Shown here piece after piece: positions 59,091 to 64,000 of a DNA stretch of 64,000 nucleotides (the stretch's first letter is position 1; every line of letters begins with the position of its first letter). The notes beneath the pieces were generated by a model. The model was not told the DNA's origin. It saw only the letters and a list, made by a program, of their open reading frames with translations, and did no database searches. Origin of the DNA: Macrostomum lignano (taxonomy: Eukaryota); contig NIVC01000449.1 in the NCBI GenBank assembly GCA_002269645.1, positions 290,775-354,774 on the forward strand, in the 5' to 3' direction. The position numbers and the translations under genes were made by a program.

Positions 59091-62000
59091 ATGAGCCAAA
59101 ATCAAAGTCAGCATCAGTTCGTCACGACCGAAAACATCCCGCAAACTGCTCGACGTGCCCATGGTACGACATCGTCCAGCTTAAGTGATATCGTTCAGGC
59201 CACTCACAGTGCTTTAGACAACGGTGACTTTGAAATCATCAAGTTTCTCGTCCCACAAATCAATGACCAATCAAACAGGGACACCTGCTGCATCAATGCT
59301 GCCGAAAAAGCTGCAGACAATGTCACTTTGAAATCGTCAAGTTTCTCGTCTCACAAATCAATGACCAATCAAACAGGGACACCTGCTGCATCAAAGCTGC
59401 CGAAAAAGCTGCAGACAATGGTCACTTTGAAATCGTCAAGTTTCTGTCCCACAAATCAATGACCAATCAAACAGGGACACCTGCTGCATCAAAGCTGCCG
59501 AAAAAGCTGCAGACAATGGTCACTTTGAAATCGTCAAGTTTCTCGTCCCACAAATCAATGACCAATCAAACAGGGACACCTGCTGCATCAAAGCTGCCGA
59601 AAAAGCTGCAGACAATGGTCACTTTGAAATCGTCAAGTTTCTCGTCCACAAATCAATGACCAATCAAACAGGGACACCTGCTGCATCAAGCTGCCGAAAA
59701 AGCTGCAGACAATGGTCACTTTGAAATCGTCAGTTTCTTCGTCCCACAAATCAATGACCAATCAAAAGGGACACCTGCTGCATCAAAGCTGCCGAAAAAG
59801 CTGCAGTCAAGGGTCACTTTGAAATCGTCAAGTTTGTCGTCTCACAAATCAATGACCAATCAAACAGGGACACCTGCTGCATCAAAGCTGCCGAAAAAGC
59901 TGCAGACAATGGTCACTTTGAAATCGTCAAGTTTCTCGTCTCACAAATCAATGACCAATCAAACAGGGACACCTGCTGCATCAATGCTGCCGAAAAAGCT
60001 GCAGACAATGGTCACTTTGAAATCGTCAAGTTTCTGTCTCACAAATCAATGACCAATCAAACAGGGACACCTGCTGCATCAAGCTGCCGAAAAAGGCTGC
60101 AGTCAATGGTCACTTTGAAATCGTCAAGTTTCTCGTCCCACAAATCAATGACCAATCAAACAGGGACACCTGCTGCATCAAAGCTGCCGAAAAGCTGCAG
60201 ACAATGGTCACTTTGAAATCGTCAAGTTTGTCGTCTCACAAATCAATGACCAATCAAACAGGGACACCTGCTGCATCAAGCTGCCGAAAAAGCTGCAGAC
60301 AATGGTCACTTTGAAATCGTCAAGTTTCTCGTCCCACAAATCAATGACCAATCAAAAAGGGACACCTGCTGCATCAAAGCTGCCGAAAAGCTGCAGCAAT
60401 GTCACTTTGAAATCGTCAAGTTTCTCGTCCACAAATCAATGACCAATCAAAAAGGGACACCTGCTGCATCAAAGCTGCCGAAAAAGCTGCAGACAATGGT
60501 CACTTTGAAATCGTCAAGTTTCTGTCCCACAAATCAATGACCAATCAAAAAGGGACACCTGCTGCATCAAAGCTGCCGATAAAGCTGCAATTTTTGATCA
60601 CTTTGAAATCGTCAAGTTTCTCGTCCCACAAATCAATGACCAATCAAAAAGGGACAACTGCTGCATCAAAGCTGCCAAAATAGCTGCAGAATGGTCACTT
60701 TGAAATCGTCAAGTTTCTCGTCTCACAAATCAATGACCAATCAAAAAGGGACACTGCTGCATCAAAGCTGCCAAAATAGCTGCAATGGTCACTTTGAAAT
60801 CGTCAAGTTTCTCGTCTCACAAATCAATGACCAATCAAAAAGGGACACCTGCTGCATCAAAGCTGCCGAAAAAGCTGCAATGGTCACTTTGAAATCGTCA
60901 AGTTTCTCGTCTCACAAATCAATGACCAATCAAAAAGGGACACTGCTGCATCAAAGCTGCCAAAAAGCTGCAGTCAAGGGTCACTTTGAAATCGTCAAGT
61001 TTCTCGTCTCACAAATCAATGACCAATCAAACAGGGACACCTGCTGCATCAAAGCTGCCGAAAAAGCTGCAGTCAAGGGTCACTTTGAAATCGTCAAGTT
61101 TCTCGTCCCACAAATCAATGACCAATCAAACAGGGACACCTGCTGCATCAAAGCTGCCGAAAATGCTGCAGTCAAGGGTCACTTTGAAATCGTCAAGTTT
61201 CTCGTCCACAAATCAATGACCAATCAAACAGGGACACCTGCTGCATCAATGCTGCCGAAAAAGCTGCAAACAATGGTCACTTTGAAATCGTCAAGTTTCT
61301 CGTCCCACAAATCAATGACCAATCAAAAAGGGACACCTGCTGCATCAATGCTGCCGAAGCTGCACAATGGTCACTTTGAAACGTCAAGTTTTCTCTCACA
61401 AATCAATGACCAATCAAAAAGGGACACCTGCTGCATCAAAGCTGCCGAATGCTGCATTATGGTCACTTTGAAATCGTCAAGTTTCTCGTCACAAATCAAT
61501 GACCAATCAAAAGGGACACCTGCTGCATCAAAGCTGCCGAAATAGCTGCAAATTTGGTCAATTTGAAATCGTCAAGTTTGTCGTCTCACAAATCAATGAC
61601 CAATCAAACAGGGACACCTGCTGCATCAAAGCTGCCGAAAAAGCTGCAGACAATGGTCACTTTGAAATCGTCAAGTTTCTCGTCCCACAAATCAATGACC
61701 AATCAAAAAGGGACACCTGCTGCATCAATGCTGCCGAAAAAGCTGCAGTCAAGCTTCACTTTGAAATCGTCAAGTTTCTCGTCACAAATCAATGACCAAT
61801 CAAAAGGGACACCTGCTGCATCAAAGCTGCCGAAAAAGCTGCACAATGGTCACTTTGAAATCGTCAAGTTTCTCGTCTCACAAATCAATGACCAATCAAA
61901 CAGGGACACCTGCTGCATCAAAGCTGCCGATAAAGCTGCAATTTTTGATCACTTTGAAATCGTCAAGTTTCTCATCTCCTGTGTCTCTAGTCTGGATCAG

Positions 62001-63146
62001 AGAGCGAATCTCCGTTTCCAATGCGCAATCGCGGCTTGCTCTCGTCTTCACGAAAATGTCGTTGCCTCCCTCGGTCTCGAGCCCGACTGGCTCTTTCAAT
62101 ACAACACCATCCTCAGCTTCACTGCAGCAATGGCCATCGAAGACAGAAACTCCGTTCTCAACAAAACCCTCTCTCAGATGCAGACAGCTCAAATCACACA
62201 GCTGCTCCGTCTCTCCATCTCTCAAAGACACGTCGCTCTTGCCGCCACACTGCTCAATCATCAGCGATTCAGCACACAGCATGTCGATCTCCCAGACGAC
62301 AACACCGGAGCCACCGCTCTCATGCTGGCAGCTGATGCAGGTCATCACGAACTCATTCACAAACTCATCGATCTCGGCGCCTCACTGCACGCTCAAGACA
62401 CTCACGGTCGCACCGCTCTCTCACGAGCCTGCCAAGCCGGTTACGTGCAAGCAGCCAAGATTCTCATCGACAATGGAGCCGATGCCAGCCATCGAGACAG
62501 TCAGGGCCTCACCTGTGCGCAGCTCGCAGAGCGATTTGAGCAGCGGCAGGTGCTGCGGCTGCTGAATCCCACCGAGTCAGTTGCCATTAGTTGCCATTCT
62601 ACTTGCAATCACTTCGCTACCTTACCTCGCTTTCCTTCACACATTCCAGAAACCCTCAGCACCCACAGCCAGCCGCTCAACGCCTTCATCAGTGAGTCTG
62701 ACCGCTTTCACTGCCCTCTCTTGGGTCGAGCTTGGGCCACGCTTCACTCCACTGACTCCTTTCTCATCATCCCCCCCCCAGACTCTCAGACCACTCCGAG
62801 CAAGACCACCGTCTCAGCGAGGAGCTGCATCGACTGCTCAGCGATGCGGGATTCACCCATCAGAGAGCAAAGTGTCAGCAGAGACTGGCTGACTGGCTGG
62901 AAGGAGTCGCTCAAGTCCTCACACAGGATCGCAGGCAGATGACGGGCAGCTACGCAGAGGGCTGGGCCAACAGTCTGGTGCAAGTGAACGGCAGGACAGC
63001 TGCAGACTCGGACATTGACTGGACTGTGCTGGTTGAAGGGCAAGAGTTCCATCTGGAAGGTGGCTGCAAAGGAAGATCTGGATCCTGCCAAAACGCCACT
63101 CGGCTGCAGGTCACGGAGGGCCACGCACAGGTGGCAGTGGGAGCAG
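59091..63146 (+). CDS. Ankyrin-array / cGAS-Mab21-like nucleotidyltransferase gene (5' partial; array frameshifted as assembled)
   Basis: Exon 1 (59091-62575): ATG, ~28 x 99-bp repeats (AAxxGHFEIVKFLV...), a unique linker, and ~3 canonical ankyrins (TGATALMLAADAGH, GRTALSRACQAGY, GLTCAQLA). Phase-2 intron 62576-62781. Exon 2 (62782-63146) is open and encodes MTGSYAEGWANSL...ADSDIDW, ending G|GTGAGT. Confidence 0.75.
59223..61977 (+). repeat. Coding tandem array of ~28 x 99-bp (33-aa) ankyrin-like units
   Basis: Unit GHFEIVKFLV(P/S)QINDQS(N/K)RDTCCI(K/N)AAEKAA(DN/VK/...), with many 1-2-bp deletions. Confidence 0.9.
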
Positions 63147-63476
63147 GTGAGTGACGCTGGGTTCATCATCAAAATGCTGAGATCCGCATGCAGCAGGATT
63201 CGCTGGATTTGCCCATTAATTTGCTCGAATTTTAATTCAGCCTCCAGCAGCTCCAAGCAGCTTCTCTGCCATGAGGTTTATATCGTCTGGTTTTTATTCA
63301 CATATTTTCACCCTTTCTCGCACTGTTTGTAATTTTTTTATTTTTAAGAAGTAAGGCAGGGGAATCTCAACAGAAACTTAGCATACATTGTCATTAATTT
63401 TTGCCGGCTTAAGCGTCCCTTTTCCGGGCGTCAATGTGGCAATTCGTGCCTTGAATTGTCTATGGTATTTTCTATC

Positions 63477-63998
63477 TCAGTAATAGAGCGAAATAGAACA
63501 ACAGTGTGAAACAGAGGCAAACAAATAACAGCAGAAGTTAATGTTAATGTTAATCTCTGGGCGACTGAGACAGAAGAAGCGATGCAGTCCGGCTCTAATG
63601 CAGATGAGACTTGCTGGAGCATAGTACCGCTCGTCCTTTGTTCGCAGTGTCGAATAGAAGAAACGCAAATAATTAGCCAGAATCGACTTTGGAATTCGCG
63701 GCAGATCCGTTGACAGTTTCATTTCTTCCAGAAAAGTCTTGAAGCGGCTCACATTGTCCTCCATCTGCCGGGCGAAGGAGTCCGGTATTCCATCTCGTTC
63801 AAGCTGATTCAACTCTTGCATCACGTCCTCCGGAATGTCGAGAATCTCTTCTGATTCTATCTTGCGCGCAAATTCTTCGCTCAGTTCCTCCAAATACCGG
63901 CTGTTCGACTCGGATGATACCCACGCCAGCTCTTCGGCCGACATACCGGAAACCATTTCTCCCGGCAGATTAGAATAATTAATTAAATGGTAGATCAT
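63477..63998 (-). mobile_element. Crypton-like tyrosine-recombinase element, N-terminal (core-binding) fragment, truncated
   Basis: FKTFL...IPKSILANYLRFFYSTLRTKDERYYAPASLICIRAGLHRF matches the Crypton/DUF3504-associated N-terminal pattern. The frame drifts into non-coding-like sequence before any catalytic R-H-R-Y residues. Confidence 0.7.
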
Positions 63999-64000
63999 TT

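Noticed and set aside
63477-63998. Crypton recombinase as a dedicated diversifier of the ankyrin array
   Set aside because: The catalytic domain is absent, no recombination sites were seen in the array, and proximity is explained by general TE density

Overview
Repeat-rich animal genomic DNA with GT-AG introns and many minisatellites. The style resembles a free-living flatworm such as Macrostomum (inference only). Four host genes were reconstructed by hand: (1) a 3-exon Pur-alpha gene (+, 12246-16176); (2) an 8-exon LCCH3/GABA-A-beta-like Cys-loop chloride channel (-, 19112-41672, 580 aa); (3) a secreted protein with six 4-Cys FN1/half-VWC-like modules (-, ~44568-47794); (4) the 5' part of a gene (+, from 59091) joining ~28 near-identical 33-aa ankyrin-like repeats and ~3 canonical ankyrins to a cGAS/Mab-21-like nucleotidyltransferase motif (GSYAEG...SDID). 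Mobile DNA: two head-to-tail Helitron-like elements, one holding a 4.6-kb Sola-like DDD transposon; a MITE; a mariner relic; a very young 10.8-kb Gypsy element whose LTRs contain a perfect tRNA-Leu PBS and which carries a non-env third ORF; a Mag-like Gypsy nested in the 3' end of a LINE relic; and a Crypton fragment. About 20 distinct tandem arrays are present, and most long track ORFs are just their translations. The best candidate for a novel system is the variable ankyrin array fused to a cGAS-like enzyme.
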